Shown piece after piece: positions 50,191 through 59,998 of a stretch of 64,000 nt of DNA. Under the pieces are notes generated by a model. It was not told where the DNA came from. It was given only the letters and a program-made list of their open reading frames with translations, and searched no databases. Numbering within the stretch: position 1 is the stretch's first letter; the number at the start of each line of letters is the position of its first letter. The stretch is taken from the NCBI GenBank assembly GCA_965203515.1, contig OZ241907.1, forward strand, positions 2,528,001-2,592,000, given 5' to 3'. Position numbers and translations under genes: made by a program. The stretch is from Spirochaetia bacterium. GTDB lineage: Bacteria > Spirochaetota > Spirochaetia > SZUA-6 > Bin103.

Positions 50191-53142
50191 TCATACACGG
50201 AACACCTTCATCACTTCGTCGCCGAGGTGGTTGATCACCTTGACGGCGATGCGGCCGGACTCCGGGCGGTCGAAGGGGCGGGAGGTGTCGCTGTGGAGGG
50301 TCTCCCAGGCGTCGCGGTCGATCTCGGCCTTGAGGGTGGTCTTCAGCGCCTTGTAGGGATCGCTGGCGCCCAGGAAGTAGGCGTGGCGGACGAAGAAGCT
50401 CTCCTCGTCGTAGTCGGTGTCGATGAACCAGCAGGCGATGCCGTCAGGGCCGTCGCTGCGGACTTCGCCGGTGTTGGGATGGAACACGTCGACGCCGTTG
50501 ACCTTGACCCGGAGGCGGTCGCCGGCGCCGCTGCCGTCGGCTTCCGGCAGGAGGTCGATGTCGGGCTCGCCGAAGATCACGAACAGGTTGCCTTTGCCGG
50601 TGTTCTTCAGGTCGCCGGCCATGTGCAGGTCGGCGTTCATGCGCGCCTTCAGGATCGGAATGCGGCCGAGGCGGGCGAGTTCGCCGGCGTGCGCGTCGTA
50701 GCTGAAGGCGCAGGCGATCAGCACGTCGTAGTCGGCGTCGGCGGCTTCGCGGGCGGCGGCGGCGAGATCGGGGCGGGCGACGGTGCCGAACTCGGGGCCG
50801 ATGAAGACGCCGGCGCGCCGTTCGGCGCCGGTGTCGGGGGCGCCCTCGAGGTAGCGCCCTTCGGCGCAGATCAGCTTGCCCGGCCAGGGGGTGAGGGCGG
50901 TGAAGGAGATGCGGTCTTCCTTGTGCGCCTGCTGCACGCCGGCGGTGCGCAGGTTTTCGAGGATCATGGCGGCGAAGTCGTGCTGGCCGCCGGCGTGGTA
51001 GCCGGTCTTGCGCTCGGCGAAGTGGTCGATCAGGCCGTCGTCCTCGTCCACGTCCAAGGTGCGGTGCGGCGCCAGGCTTTCCACAGTAAACGGGCCGGCT
51101 ACGCGCACGATGCCCCGATCTTCGTAGGGCTTGTCGTAGAGGTACTCGTAGTCGGCCTTGGCGGCGATGGAGGCGTCGATCTCCCGCTGGCGGGCGATGC
51201 GCGCTTCCCACCAGCGGCGGTGCAGGTCGGCGGGGCCGGCGTCCCACGGGTCGAGCGGCCGGTCCGGGACCGCCGCCGGCGAGTAGGTGCGGCCCAGCGC
51301 GCGGTTCAACGCCCGCAGCGCGGTCGCCTTGGCGGCGTCGGTCGGCGCGTCCTGAGTCCGCTGCCACGCCGCGGCGGCCGCGGTCGGCCACGGGTCGCCC
51401 GGTTCGCGCGGGATTTCCCACTCCTCCCAGGTGCGGTCGAGGGCGGCGTTGAGTGCCGCGCGCAGCGGCTCCAGGGTCTCCTGCCAGCGCTCATGGATCA
51501 CGTCGATCTCGGCGTTGTTGGCGATCGACTTGAGGGTGACGTGCGGCACGCGCTCGTACACGAACCCCTGCCGGATGTCGCCGCTGGTCACGCTCTCGGA
51601 CGGAACCGTCTGCGACAGTTCGGCTTCCTCGCGCCGCCCGTCCAGGCTGTCCGCCAGCAGGTAGTAGGGATAGCGCGCGCCCATCACGCGGGAGCGTGCC
51701 AAGGCCAGTGCGACGCGCGAGGTGTCGATGGTGATCCAGCGCCGCCCCCACTGCTCGGCAACGTAGGCGGTGGTCCCGGACCCGCAGGTAGGATCGAGCA
51801 CGAGGTCGCCGGGATCGGTGGTCATGAGGATGCAGCGAGATATGGCCTCTTCTGCCGTTTGCACAACGTAGCTCTTCTTGTATGACACCGGCGAGTCATT
51901 CCATTGATTCGTCCTTTTTCGAAAAGGGAAATCATCATAGTACAAGCGATAGCTAAGGCTCCGACCCTCCGATTGAAGTCTTCCTATGGAAGAAAGTAGA
52001 CGGAGCTTATGCTCGCTGACCACCCAGGATCCATTGCTGGGCGGATCGAAGCGACGGCCTTCATGGGCAAATTGATATACGGTGTTCGGAGAGTATGAAG
52101 GTGCCAGTAAGGAAAAAAGTCGATAGTACCTCGTTCCAGTGGGATGTGCGGGACTCTTGAAGTCCGTCGTTCGTATCTTTTTCCAGTTGCCATCAGGAAA
52201 CATGGCATATGGCCCGTGAGATGAGACCTGAGAGACGTCGTTTGACTCGTAAAGGTGGTGGAACTTGAGACTTCCTCGGTCTTTCGCATAAAATAGAATG
52301 TTGTCGTTCATCGTCTCGAGGTACGTTGCGCCTAATGGTATACTCTTTTTGCGAAAAGAAATATCTGCTATGAAGTTGACCTTCCCAAATATCTCATCCA
52401 GCAGATTTCTGAGGTAATGTGAATTCTCTGAGTTCATCTGAACGAAAATGGCGCCAGATGATTTCAACAGCTCGCGCGCCACGGTCAGGCGGTCGCGCAG
52501 GTAGGTCAGGTACGAATGAATCCCGTCGCGCCACGTGTCGCGGAACGCCTTGACCTGTTCGGGCTCGCGGGTGATGTGTTCGGCCTTGCCGTCCTTTACG
52601 TCGCGGCTGGTGGTGGACCACTGGAAGTTGGAGTTGAACTTGATGCCGTACGGCGGGTCGAGGTAGATGCACTGCACCGCGCCGCGCAGCCCCTCGCGCT
52701 CGGCCAGCGACGCCATCACCTGCAGGCTGTCGCCCAGGATCATGCGATTCGACCAGTTGGCGTCGTGGCGGTAGAACTCGGTGCGGGCGTCGCCGTCCGG
52801 CAGGCCGTTGAAGTCGGCGAACAGGTCGATCTGGTCGTCCGCGGCGCGCTCGCTCGCTTTGCTGCGCCGCAGCAGGTCGTCGATCAGGGCCTTGGGGTGG
52901 ACCTTCTCCTGGATGAACAGCGGGGGCGCCTGCACCACGAGGTCGGACCAGTCCTGCTCGTCCTTGCCGCGCCACACGAGCTGCGGATCGAGATCGCGGT
53001 TGCGCCGCTGATACGCCGTCCGGATCGGGCGCTGATCGGCCTTCTCCATCAGCGAGCGGTACTCGGCGGTGGGAATGTTCTTGCGCGACGCCTCGTCGTG
53101 CGTAATGGTCTCGACGGCCTTGGCCGCCCTTCGCTTCGCCAT
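50191..53142 (-). CDS. Type III-like restriction-modification adenine methyltransferase (Mod, beta class)
   Basis: ILGDSL, IYLDPPYG, then variable TRD, then VLDPTCGSGTT; C-terminal IAVKVINHLGDE. Confidence 0.93.
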   Translation of the reverse strand: MAKRRAAKAVETITHDEASRKNIPTAEYRSLMEKADQRPIRTAYQRRNRDLDPQLVWRGKDEQDWSDLVVQAPPLFIQEKVHPKALIDDLLRRSKASERAADDQIDLFADFNGLPDGDARTEFYRHDANWSNRMILGDSLQVMASLAEREGLRGAVQCIYLDPPYGIKFNSNFQWSTTSRDVKDGKAEHITREPEQVKAFRDTWRDGIHSYLTYLRDRLTVARELLKSSGAIFVQMNSENSHYLRNLLDEIFGKVNFIADISFRKKSIPLGATYLETMNDNILFYAKDRGSLKFHHLYESNDVSQVSSHGPYAMFPDGNWKKIRTTDFKSPAHPTGTRYYRLFSLLAPSYSPNTVYQFAHEGRRFDPPSNGSWVVSEHKLRLLSSIGRLQSEGRSLSYRLYYDDFPFRKRTNQWNDSPVSYKKSYVVQTAEEAISRCILMTTDPGDLVLDPTCGSGTTAYVAEQWGRRWITIDTSRVALALARSRVMGARYPYYLLADSLDGRREEAELSQTVPSESVTSGDIRQGFVYERVPHVTLKSIANNAEIDVIHERWQETLEPLRAALNAALDRTWEEWEIPREPGDPWPTAAAAAWQRTQDAPTDAAKATALRALNRALGRTYSPAAVPDRPLDPWDAGPADLHRRWWEARIARQREIDASIAAKADYEYLYDKPYEDRGIVRVAGPFTVESLAPHRTLDVDEDDGLIDHFAERKTGYHAGGQHDFAAMILENLRTAGVQQAHKEDRISFTALTPWPGKLICAEGRYLEGAPDTGAERRAGVFIGPEFGTVARPDLAAAAREAADADYDVLIACAFSYDAHAGELARLGRIPILKARMNADLHMAGDLKNTGKGNLFVIFGEPDIDLLPEADGSGAGDRLRVKVNGVDVFHPNTGEVRSDGPDGIACWFIDTDYDEESFFVRHAYFLGASDPYKALKTTLKAEIDRDAWETLHSDTSRPFDRPESGRIAVKVINHLGDEVMKVFRV

Positions 53143-53514
53143 CTACGGATGATCCTTCTCGGTCTCGGCCAACAGGTTGCGCAACGCCGGCACCAGCGCC
53201 GGCACGGCTTCACGGATGACGCTCCAGATGATCCTGTTATCGATGGACAGGTAACCATGAGCCAAGCGGTTTCGGGTTCCGATGATGGCGCGCCACGGGA
53301 CTTCCTGATGAGCTTCACGTACTTCGCTCGGAATGTGAGTGGCGGCCTCGCCGATCAGCTCCAGATTACGGAGAGTGGCATCGTACGTGATGTTGTCCGC
53401 AAGGAATTCATCTTGATTCATACCGGAGGAATAAGATAGGACATTTTCGGAAAACGTGATCATGTCGCGAATATGGAAACGCCATTCACGACGTTCACTG
53501 GCGTCGTCACACAT
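53143..53514 (-). CDS. HEPN (DUF86/HepT-like) ribonuclease toxin
   Basis: DATLRNLELIGEA, PWRAIIGTRNRLAHGY (Rx4HxY). Confidence 0.92.
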   Translation of the reverse strand: MCDDASERREWRFHIRDMITFSENVLSYSSGMNQDEFLADNITYDATLRNLELIGEAATHIPSEVREAHQEVPWRAIIGTRNRLAHGYLSIDNRIIWSVIREAVPALVPALRNLLAETEKDHP

Positions 53515-53797
53515 TGACGGCTTCTCTCTCGACATACGGACGTATCTCGGCGCGGATGTCCATATCCATTGCCAAGTCTACCGGCCGTCCGAATAGGTCT
53601 TCCAGATATTCCTGCGCGCCGAAGTAGCGCTTCCAGTCAGGAAGCGAATCGAAGCGCACCAAAACATCGACGTCACTGCCATCGGAAGCTTGGTCTCTGG
53701 CAAAGGAGCCGAAAAGAGCCATCTCGGAAATACCGAAGCGCTGCTTCATGATCTCCTTGTGCGTGCGGAGTAGCGCCAAGGCCTGATCTCTATTCAC
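53507..53797 (-). CDS. Minimal nucleotidyltransferase (MNT) antitoxin
   Basis: LFGSFARD...SDVDVLV, GRPVDL; AGGAGG RBS; overlaps the HEPN gene. Confidence 0.92.
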   Translation of the reverse strand: MNRDQALALLRTHKEIMKQRFGISEMALFGSFARDQASDGSDVDVLVRFDSLPDWKRYFGAQEYLEDLFGRPVDLAMDMDIRAEIRPYVEREAVNV

Positions 53798-53860
53798 GAT
53801 TCACCTCCTGCTGCCGCTCATCTCCAGCATCGCGGGATCGTGCTGTAGATAGTTCCGATC

Positions 53861-55825
53861 TCAATCGACAGACTCCCACTCATCAGGTATCAACTTATTC
53901 CCGTCTCTCCAACGCTCTACCACACATTCTTGAAACCACTGATCTTCGATGTTTGCATGATCCGTAATGATAACTTGAAATTGACCGTTAAGTTGCTGTA
54001 CACGATCGTAAGCAAACCGGTACATTTCCTTGACTCTGTCCCGATCTTCATCACGCGTCGAAGTCCCATCTTCTTGGCGCTGCCAATCGTCGTCTTCCGG
54101 AAAATAGACTTGAGACGGTTGGTCGATGAAGAGAAATCGAGGTACCGGTCGAGAGCGTTGAACAAACAACCGGTGAAGCGCGAAGTGCGCAATGAGATGA
54201 TAGATCACCCAATTCTCACCGCTTCCCATACGTTCCATGGGGATAGGGCCATCGTCTCCGTCCGCGACAACGGTTAACCGACGAATATCCAGACGAACAG
54301 GAAACTTATTGTGTTCAAGATGAAGCTCCGACGCCCAACGACTCATGTCCTGGGAAAGGATCGAAAGTGCGGATTGAACTCGCTCCTGTATCTCAGCATC
54401 GCTCAATTCCCCTTCTATGCGACCAATTTCGCTCTGTAGACGGACAATATTTCGATGCAAATCACTAGTGTCAGAAATTTCGGGGATGCTACTGACGTAT
54501 AAGCTAATTCGGCCCAGAAGATAGGCGCGTCGAACGCTGCGTTCCCTATATTCCTGAACCCTCTCGTTCTGTCTCTGAATCGCCTCTAGTTGCTCTCTGT
54601 TGGACCTTAGACGCGTTTTGATGTTGTCGCGCCTTTCCTCCAGCGTCGTCACTAGGCGGTCCATCTCCGGAGAACGATCTTCGATATGGCGAATCCGGCC
54701 GTCTAGTTGTTCAAGTGATTCTTGAATATCGCGTATAGAAGGAGAAACATCACTATCGGGCAATGATGTCTGACATAGCGGACATTTAGTCGTGTCGTGG
54801 GTATCGCCGCCATGAGCGGCAAACAGATGAATGCTCTTGAGACGAACACTCTGGGCGATGGCCTCGCGAGAAAATCCATCCCGGGCCGCGGCTAGTGACT
54901 GCGCCGCATCTAGTTGAGCTCGTACAACCCGAAGCTCGTGCGACATCTCATCACGTTCGGTCTGCAATCGGCGAAATTCGTCTCCTTCCACCGCCAGTTC
55001 GTCCTCGTCGGAAACGGGGACAGCCGTGCTCAAGCCGCGAAGTGCATCAAGAGTTCCTTCCCAAGTTTCAGGTACTGTTTGGCTGGTGCGCAGACCGAGA
55101 TCGGTTGCCTCCGCAAGAAGTGTCTGGGCAACGCTGGAATCTCGTCCGGCCAATGCTTGAAATTCTTGTTCTTTTCTCTGCAGCTTTCCAAGCTCTCGTC
55201 GGATCTGTCTTAACTCTACCATTCGAGCTATGTAATCGTCAGTTACCGCACCGAGAAAGTACGGCATCGTATCCCTTATCGCTTGCGGAAGGAATTGCTC
55301 GCTTTGGCGATGAAAGAGTTGCCGATTGCTGCCGACTTCAGTTTGGTGTTGGAAGCAGTAGACAAGCGCATGGTCGAGCCCGGCCTTCAGTGACGGTCGT
55401 GTCTGAACAGGTGGATCGTGGCGGTTCTCTCGGATACCAGCATGGGCTGCAAGGATTTTTTGTAGAGTCGTGGGATTGGTTGTTTGCGTAAGTCGATGCA
55501 ACTCCGGTAACGCGATCTCGTTCGCGACGGCGTAGAATACATCGGCCGACGACACCCGCGGTGGGTCGGGAACGCGCCGAGCGATGAACGATTCGCCGTT
55601 ACGGATCGATAGCCTTACACCGACCCAGGCGACTGCTCGGCGAATGATGCCTTCAGGGATTTTGCACTCGGTGGAACCAAAGCAATACTCAAGAACGGCA
55701 ATCAGTGCCGTCTTTCCGGTCTTGGACGCGCCGGTAATAATGTTTAGACGGCCGGTTGCGAACTCTAACCTGCGCATAGTGCCATTATGGCCGTAGAATA
55801 CTATTTCTTTGATCTGATAACTCAT
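53861..55825 (-). CDS. lmuB: Lamassu LmuB: SMC-like ABC ATPase (DUF3732)
   Basis: [10 protein letters not shown], coiled coils around a CPLC zinc hook, MGSGENW signature, [10 protein letters not shown] and IITDH. Confidence 0.9.
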   Translation of the reverse strand: MSYQIKEIVFYGHNGTMRRLEFATGRLNIITGASKTGKTALIAVLEYCFGSTECKIPEGIIRRAVAWVGVRLSIRNGESFIARRVPDPPRVSSADVFYAVANEIALPELHRLTQTTNPTTLQKILAAHAGIRENRHDPPVQTRPSLKAGLDHALVYCFQHQTEVGSNRQLFHRQSEQFLPQAIRDTMPYFLGAVTDDYIARMVELRQIRRELGKLQRKEQEFQALAGRDSSVAQTLLAEATDLGLRTSQTVPETWEGTLDALRGLSTAVPVSDEDELAVEGDEFRRLQTERDEMSHELRVVRAQLDAAQSLAAARDGFSREAIAQSVRLKSIHLFAAHGGDTHDTTKCPLCQTSLPDSDVSPSIRDIQESLEQLDGRIRHIEDRSPEMDRLVTTLEERRDNIKTRLRSNREQLEAIQRQNERVQEYRERSVRRAYLLGRISLYVSSIPEISDTSDLHRNIVRLQSEIGRIEGELSDAEIQERVQSALSILSQDMSRWASELHLEHNKFPVRLDIRRLTVVADGDDGPIPMERMGSGENWVIYHLIAHFALHRLFVQRSRPVPRFLFIDQPSQVYFPEDDDWQRQEDGTSTRDEDRDRVKEMYRFAYDRVQQLNGQFQVIITDHANIEDQWFQECVVERWRDGNKLIPDEWESVD

Positions 55826-56319
55826 GGACAAATCCCCCATAGAGACATAGTGGTCTCGGTAGATGCGGCTTTCCCAAGCCACTTCCCCAGGAATCTCGCA
55901 CGGGACATGCAGTCACGTGCCTCTCCATCTAGCAACCGGTTGCCTCGGCGTAACAAGGAATCGGAAGCAACACGCCTGATCCCGCCCGGGCGGTCAACCG
56001 TTATCCAGCCAATCCCCAGTCCATAGCGTATGGCCTCTCTGGTATGTGGCTGCAGCGCCATGAGTCGTTCGTGGAAACCGAGCCTAGCCTCTGTGTGGTT
56101 TTGAAGCCAAGCAGGGATTGATGTACGTGTCGTCCTAGGTAGCAATTCTCGTGTACGCTTGTGCAGCGTGAGCGGAAGAACCATGAAGCTGAGTGCAAAC
56201 GGCAACGGCTGGTCGGTTGAATCCGAGTAGCCCGCACACGCCTCGATGACGATCATACAGCAGAACGCGGGGTTCAACAGGTATGCCTCTTCAGGACTGC
56301 GCTCACGCCACGGTCTCAT
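55822..56319 (-). CDS. lmuC: Lamassu LmuC / ABC-three-component middle component
   Basis: [22 protein letters not shown] and ARFLGKW; overlaps both neighbours by 4 bp. Confidence 0.85.
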   Translation of the reverse strand: MRPWRERSPEEAYLLNPAFCCMIVIEACAGYSDSTDQPLPFALSFMVLPLTLHKRTRELLPRTTRTSIPAWLQNHTEARLGFHERLMALQPHTREAIRYGLGIGWITVDRPGGIRRVASDSLLRRGNRLLDGEARDCMSRARFLGKWLGKAASTETTMSLWGICP

Positions 56320-57518
56320 TGAGATACCTCGGCAGACGGAACATTCTGAAGGAGTGTACGGAACTCAGGATGCCATCCGACGCGCAGGAGGTCAGACATT
56401 ATCTGATAGGTGCCGCGTGCGATAGACGGCTCGGTGACGGCTGTTCGAATTTGATGATGCGTCCCAGTTTCTATCCACTTGTAGAGATCCTTGCCTGCTC
56501 TAATTATCGCTTGATCGGCCGCATCGTCACCAAGTTCGTCCTTCATCTGTTGAAACCGTATGTCCCACTCTTCGTTCAACCGTGTATCGTAGCGGTCAAG
56601 TTCACCTGCATATAAAAGCTGCTCCCGTACCCACAGCGAGCGTTGCTCAGATGCGCGATAATAATTAGTGATGGCGTGGAGTCGTCGACGAACGTTCACG
56701 TCAATAAGATTGAGTTGTTTTACGAAGGTCCTTTTGTCGTATTCGCTTGTGCCTACTGCCTTAGACATGATGTCATCGACCACCGGAAGATTGTCTTGTC
56801 TGAGCTGATCGCGAATTCGGCGGCATTCTGCTTCAAGTTCGTCACCGGATATCGGTGTAGCGACAGCTTCTTGGAGATGCGCCACGACGCGTCGATACCA
56901 CCAACTCTCTAGAAGACGAACAAAGAAACCGAGATGCCTACGCTCGGCAGCAAAATATACAGCCGTCTTCAGGTCTTCGTCTAGCTGCCCGATCGGTGGC
57001 GAGTTGTCGAGGACGGTAATACTATTCACAAGACGCTCACGCATCTTAGCCGGCAGTGACTTGAACGAGTGATATGCAGGAAGATTGGTCTGGTTACTAG
57101 AGACAGTGGCAGCGGAGTGGAGACGCTCCAAAGCGGTCTTCGGGTCTCGATTTCCCGGTCGGAGATATGCGGCCGCAGTACCGGTAGCGCACTGGGTTGT
57201 CGTGATTAGGAAGAACCGTGCATCAATATCGATACGCTCTTCGCAGATTTCATCGATCCATATTCGCAATGTCTTCCACAGGTCAACGGATGAGTCGGAG
57301 AGGTTTCCGGGAGACTTGGTATGATGTTTGGTCTGAAGAAGTTCTATCGGTTTTCCTTCCGGTGCGAATACTACATCGTCGAGTGTTTCGATAGCTATGC
57401 TGATACGATTCTCGCTTGGTAAGCGACGCAATGCCTCAAGAAGAGCGTACCGACACTGGTAGAAATAGCCTAATAGCGCCGGGGCGGAGGAATGGGTGTT
57501 ACGGGTGCCGGTTATCAT
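56316..57518 (-). CDS. lmuA: Lamassu LmuA effector: Cap4-like PD-(D/E)xK nuclease plus ABC-3C C-terminal domain
   Basis: LGYFYQ, IETLDDV, LLQTKHH, DLWKTLRIW; C-terminal FVKQL..YYRA..RS.W..RGTYQ..VGWHP. Confidence 0.85.
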   Translation of the reverse strand: MITGTRNTHSSAPALLGYFYQCRYALLEALRRLPSENRISIAIETLDDVVFAPEGKPIELLQTKHHTKSPGNLSDSSVDLWKTLRIWIDEICEERIDIDARFFLITTTQCATGTAAAYLRPGNRDPKTALERLHSAATVSSNQTNLPAYHSFKSLPAKMRERLVNSITVLDNSPPIGQLDEDLKTAVYFAAERRHLGFFVRLLESWWYRRVVAHLQEAVATPISGDELEAECRRIRDQLRQDNLPVVDDIMSKAVGTSEYDKRTFVKQLNLIDVNVRRRLHAITNYYRASEQRSLWVREQLLYAGELDRYDTRLNEEWDIRFQQMKDELGDDAADQAIIRAGKDLYKWIETGTHHQIRTAVTEPSIARGTYQIMSDLLRVGWHPEFRTLLQNVPSAEVSQ

Positions 57519-57531
57519 GTGACAGGTGGCG

Positions 57532-58617
57532 TCACGACGACGAGATCATCTCTGCTTGCGCTATAAATTCTTCGTCCGCGCGGCATTGCACCAGCCGGTC
57601 GCCTATATCGGCCAGTTGATCGGCTTCCGTGACGTTGGCCAACAGAGCCGCCAAACGCTCGCTCGCCTCAGCACCGAACCGCAACGCTGCCATACGGCAG
57701 AGCAGCGCCCGTTCGTGTTCGAGACCCTGCTCGCGGCCCCGCTCAAGCCCCTGCTCGAGACCCTGCTCAAGCCCCTGCTCAAGACCCTGCTTGCGGCCTT
57801 GCTCAAGCCCTTGCTCGCGACCTTCCCGCATCCACTGCGCAGGCCACTCCCTCAAACGTTCTTTCAGCGTCATCCGTACCTCCTCCAGACTGTCCATCGC
57901 CGGCAGCTTCTCACCAGCCGGCATGACCTGCCCGATCGAACTCCGTAGCCAGTCGACGAACACCCGGCGCAACTCGACGTTCTCCGACCCCGCCAGCCGC
58001 TCCGGCAGCGCGTCCGCCACCCGTACCAAGTCCGCCGGCGTGCGACTCTGCTCCAACCCGATCACCGCCCGCATCAGATTGCCGCTCGGCACCGCGTCCG
58101 CCGCTACGTGCTGCTCCTCGATCACCAGGTACCGCTGCGACGGTTGGTACGGCGCCAGCCCCTCCGCCACCGGCGCGATCAGTTCGCCGATCTCCTGCGG
58201 CGCACGCCACCGCGGCGTGCCGTTGTAGAGCACCACGGGCAGCACCGCCGGCAGCGCCGCGCGCGCCTCCGGCGCCTTGTTGCGCACCAGTTCCTGGTAC
58301 AGCAGGCTGGTGTAGCTCAGGATGCGCAGCGCCATGTACCGATCGTCGCGCGACTGGAACTCCAGGAGCAACAGCAGGCAGGCCCAGCCGCCGGGCACGC
58401 GCAGCCGCCATACGGTGTCGCCGCGGCGTGTGAGCAGTTCGTCGCTGACGTAATCCGACGACAGCTTCCGCAGCGTCGAGACGTCGATGGCGCCGAGCAG
58501 GTCGCGGCCCACGAAGGCGCGTAACAGGTCCTCGACCATGCGCGGGAAGGCGAACAGCTTCTTGTACTGCTCGTCGTACCGGGGGCGCTCCTCGCGTGCG
58601 GATGCCATCTTCGGCAT
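57532..58617 (-). CDS. Rpn family recombination-promoting nuclease / YhgA-like protein
   Basis: DEQYKKLF, RGDTVWRL, LEFQS, MALRILSY and LPVVLYNG..W; C-terminal EQG repeats. Confidence 0.9.
   Translation of the reverse strand: MPKMASAREERPRYDEQYKKLFAFPRMVEDLLRAFVGRDLLGAIDVSTLRKLSSDYVSDELLTRRGDTVWRLRVPGGWACLLLLLEFQSRDDRYMALRILSYTSLLYQELVRNKAPEARAALPAVLPVVLYNGTPRWRAPQEIGELIAPVAEGLAPYQPSQRYLVIEEQHVAADAVPSGNLMRAVIGLEQSRTPADLVRVADALPERLAGSENVELRRVFVDWLRSSIGQVMPAGEKLPAMDSLEEVRMTLKERLREWPAQWMREGREQGLEQGRKQGLEQGLEQGLEQGLERGREQGLEHERALLCRMAALRFGAEASERLAALLANVTEADQLADIGDRLVQCRADEEFIAQAEMISSS
57714..57826 (-). repeat. 12-bp coding tandem repeats (xEQG) in the Rpn C-terminus
   Basis: REGREQGLEQGRKQGLEQGLEQGLEQGLERGREQGLE. 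Confidence 0.85.
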
Positions 58618-58681
58618 CGTAGCATATTGGACCAGCGACCGTGCCGGCGGGCTGGCTGGAGCGCTGGCCAATGGGCATCGG

Positions 58682-59887
58682 TCAGTGCGTGGTGTCGGTC
58701 TCGAACAGGTCGAGGCGAGGCTGGGATGATCGGTCCGGGTCAGGACACAACTGATCGATCCGCAGCAGTTCGCCGGCGGTGAAGAGGTGGTCGTGGAGCG
58801 ACGAGCGGCCCGCTTTGTCCAGGGGGCCGACTCTGGTTTCGGCATGCTCGGAGAGCACGGCGAGGATCGAGGTGTCGGGGATGGTGTGGTTATCGAGCAG
58901 GTCGGCGCTGTGGCTGCTGACGATTACCTGCGCCGCCTGGCTGGCCTCGGTCAGGCTGTCGATGAGCACGCCGGCGGCGGCCGGGTGCAGGGCGCTCTCC
59001 GGCTCTTCGATGCCGATCAGGGTTGCCCGCCCGTCGCCGCCAGTGCCCTGGAACAGCGCGACGAGGACCCCGAGCGCGCGCAGCGTGCCGTCGGACATGT
59101 TGCTGGCCAGGAACCGCCACGGATGCTTCGCTCCGCGCACCTCTTGACGAAAGTCGAGGGTGCTTTTCGTCCCCATCATGCGAGGCTCAACGCCCGTGAC
59201 GCCGGGCGTGATAGCGGCCAGATACTCCTCGACCGCCGTCTTGCCTCGGCCTCCGAGGTTGTCAAGGACGCTCGCCAGGTTGCTTCCATCCCGCTTCAGC
59301 AGATCTCCGGGGTCCGGCGCCTGGAGATCGCGGATCGCTTCGGGGTTCAGATTGTAGAACCCCATCCCGGACAATGCGTCGTAGACTGGGCGGAACGTGG
59401 TGAATCCCGACATGGCGACCAGATAGAGGCGATCGCTCGCGCACGCCGGTGGATTGGGAATCGTGCTGGCCACCACTTCGCCGCCTGCGACCTTGTAGGA
59501 GCCGCGGCCGGATGCGCCGGCGATAACGCATTCCTCCTCTTGTACGCTGTAGCCTCCGCGAGGTTGTGCGCCCACCCGGAACGCGTACCAGCCTTCGGCG
59601 CGGGGAAGCCGCAGATCGAGCCGTATGCCGAAGTGGTTCGGGTGGCCGCCGGAACGTCTGCGCACTTCCTGAATGCCGCCGCGGTCGCGCAGCGCGTGAT
59701 CCAGCGAGAAGCGCAACGCCTCGGCCACGAAGCGCAGCGCATCCAGAAAGTTGCTCTTGCCGCTCCCGTTCGGGCCGACCAGAAACGAAAGCGGCGCCGG
59801 CCGCACGTCGCACGCGGCAATGCTCTTGTAGTTCCGCAGGCGGATACGGGTCACCAGCCGGGAGTCGGTGTCTTCAGCGTGGCTCAC
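58682..59887 (-). CDS. ABC/AAA_21-type ATPase
   Basis: LRNYKSI, GPNGSGKSN, MSDGTLR, IEEPESALHP and SSHS; AAGGAG RBS. Confidence 0.9.
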   Translation of the reverse strand: MSHAEDTDSRLVTRIRLRNYKSIAACDVRPAPLSFLVGPNGSGKSNFLDALRFVAEALRFSLDHALRDRGGIQEVRRRSGGHPNHFGIRLDLRLPRAEGWYAFRVGAQPRGGYSVQEEECVIAGASGRGSYKVAGGEVVASTIPNPPACASDRLYLVAMSGFTTFRPVYDALSGMGFYNLNPEAIRDLQAPDPGDLLKRDGSNLASVLDNLGGRGKTAVEEYLAAITPGVTGVEPRMMGTKSTLDFRQEVRGAKHPWRFLASNMSDGTLRALGVLVALFQGTGGDGRATLIGIEEPESALHPAAAGVLIDSLTEASQAAQVIVSSHSADLLDNHTIPDTSILAVLSEHAETRVGPLDKAGRSSLHDHLFTAGELLRIDQLCPDPDRSSQPRLDLFETDTTH

Positions 59888-59998
59888 GGGCTGTCTCCTT
59901 CTGAGCGGCGGATCTGAACGATCCGATCAGATCGTCGAGAGGCGCGCGGAGCGCGGATAAATCGGCGCGCTTCCAATTTGGTGGCGTGGCGAACTGAG

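Noticed and set aside
47092..59887. Retron, Septu, Gabija or PARIS assignment for the two ABC ATPases
   Set aside because: No reverse transcriptase, HNH or TOPRIM partner is recognisable; the UvrD gene follows an ATPase with no visible OLD/TOPRIM domain
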